Positions 62,690 through 64,000 of a DNA stretch of 64,000 nt are shown piece after piece. The notes below the pieces were generated by a model. The model saw nothing but the letters and a program-made list of their open reading frames with translations, searched no databases and was not told the origin of the DNA. The number at the start of each line of letters is the position of its first letter. The stretch's first letter is position 1. This DNA comes from Lama guanicoe. Lineage: Eukaryota. The stretch lies in assembly GCA_013239625.1 (NCBI GenBank), contig MU054001.1, positions 3,230,151 through 3,294,150 on the forward strand, in the 5' to 3' direction. A program made the position numbers and the translations under genes.

Positions 62690-62870
62690 AGCTCTACACC
62701 TGTATTATTTTCTCTGATGCCCTTACATGTGTATTCCCTGCCTGGTATATGCTGGGTTTCTCTGTCTGGTTAATTTCTAACTATCCCTCAAGCTCCAGAT
62801 CAAATATCAGCCTCTGTCTGTGCCTGATCCACACAGACTGAGCCCACTGTTCTCTTCCCTAAATATACCT
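62690..62870 (+). mobile_element. L2 fragment
   Basis: gtattccctgcctggtatatgct...aatttctaactatccctcaagctccagatcaaatatcagcctc. Confidence 0.55.
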
Positions 62871-62879
62871 GTACTACTG

Positions 62880-63120
62880 AGTCGTGAAGCAGAGTGGGGA
62901 GGAGCCCAGGCCCTGGAGCAAGGCTCTTGAGTTTGCAAGCCTGGCTGTCCACTCACTAGCTGTGAAGTCTGTCGGCAAGTCATCTAACCTCTTGTGCCTT
63001 GATTTTCCCATCTGTCCAATGGGGACAATAACAACTAAGATTTAAGAATGTAAAACACACCCAATGTACTTAGGATGGCAAATAGTGTCAGTGAATGTTA
63101 GCTATGATTTTCTATCACCA
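62880..63120 (+). mobile_element. MIR SINE
   Basis: ggccctggagcaaggctcttgagtttgcaagcctggctgtccactcactagctgtg...ttttcccatctgtccaatggggacaata...gaatgttagctat. Confidence 0.88.
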
Positions 63121-63134
63121 TTTTCAAAGTTCAA

Positions 63135-63260
63135 GTCTGGGAGGCTCCCACTGAGTCCAGGGAACTTCTCTTAGTCATCCTGGGACCTCCAGTTCCTAGC
63201 TGGGGTCCTGACACAGCATAGGCACCCAGTCAAAGTTTGCCAAGTGACTGGCTGAATGAA
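63135..63260 (+). mobile_element. L2 3' end
   Basis: tccagttcctagctggggtcctgacacagcataggcacccagtcaaagtttgccaagtgactggctgaatgaa. Confidence 0.65.
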
Positions 63261-63664
63261 GAGTAAGAGCATGGAAAGGGGAAGAAAAAGAGAAAGACTG
63301 GGAGTGGGCAAAACCTAGAGACTACCTGTATCCTATTAGGGCACATGGAATAAAAAGGCAGCTGGAAATCCAGCTTTTTCTATACACACCTTACATAGAG
63401 CCATTTGAAAGCGCAGAATGATGATTCTGGTAGGGAAAAAAAAAACTCTCATGGGCTTATTTATTTCCTGTCCCTACAGTGAGGCTAGGAGACTCACTGA
63501 GCCTAAATAGAGGGTCTTTTTTTTTTTTTTTAATCAATCTATACTTGGATTGCCAGAAATCCAAACCACTTCTCCTTGAGCCAGGGATGAGTTGGGGTGT
63601 GAGTGAGCCTCCAAAAGGATTGGGTCCAGTGCAGCAGGAAGAGCAGCTGCTGGCGGTGGTGCAG

Positions 63665-63900
63665 GTCCCCCCTAGAGCACGGGCTCTGGAGCAGGATGAC
63701 TTGGGTTTATATCCCAGACACGAAACTGACCAGCCGGGCAGCCCTGGGCAAGTCATTTTCCGTTTCTGTCCTCAGTTACCTTGTCTATAAAATAGAGATC
63801 ACATGACCATGACCTCCCAGGATTGTGGTGAAGTGAAACGGGAAAATCCTCTTAAGTCCCCAAACACAGCCTCTGGCACAAAAGAGGTGCTTCCTTGTTC
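63665..63900 (+). mobile_element. MIR SINE
   Basis: agagcacgggctctggagcaggatgacttgggtttatatccc...cctgggcaagtcatt...cctcagttaccttgtctataaaatagag...gattgtggtgaag. Confidence 0.88.
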
Positions 63901-64000
63901 TCAAATGAGGCTTCTCAAAGGTTGACTTCTTAGAGGCTGGACTGGGGAAGCCGGGCGAAAGGAACCCTCCAGATGAGAAGAGATAGGCTGGGACCTGGCA

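Noticed and set aside
1..64000. Protein-coding genes from the ORF track
   Set aside because: All ORFs are 207 aa or shorter, many use non-ATG starts, overlap in conflicting frames or fall in repeats, and show no recognisable domain or multi-exon structure
1..64000. CRISPR array, prokaryotic operon, or novel defence or retroelement system
   Set aside because: The sequence is mammalian, with no regularly spaced repeat-spacer array and no intact enzyme ORF; all dispersed repeats fit known mammalian transposon classes

Overview
This is mammalian non-coding DNA, not prokaryotic: it is CpG-depleted and rich in MIR, L2, L1, LTR and MER fossils. It is most likely from a camelid, because it carries two copies of a tRNA-derived SINE matching the camelid Vic-1 type and several cetartiodactyl/camelid-type L1 3' ends. 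I can support no protein-coding gene, tRNA, rRNA or CRISPR array. The only ORF with recognisable homology (33204-33494) is a decayed L1 ORF2 endonuclease remnant. Between the transposon fossils lie several repeat-free blocks (about 2.0-2.3, 9.9-10.2, 20.5-21.0, 24.3-24.8, 29.6-30.1, 34.9-35.7, 41.5-43.1, 50.2-50.6 and 55.1-62.6 kb). They are dense in homeodomain, PBX-HOX, MEIS, FOX and nuclear-receptor motifs and look like conserved developmental enhancers in a gene desert or large intron. I cannot identify the locus and cannot verify conservation without an alignment. I found no evidence of a novel biological system. The best leads are the candidate PBX-HOX/MEIS enhancer cluster, a ~7.5 kb transposon-poor block, and several informative nested or structurally unusual retrotransposon insertions. 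Repeat family names come from recalled consensus sequences, and most repeat boundaries are approximate.
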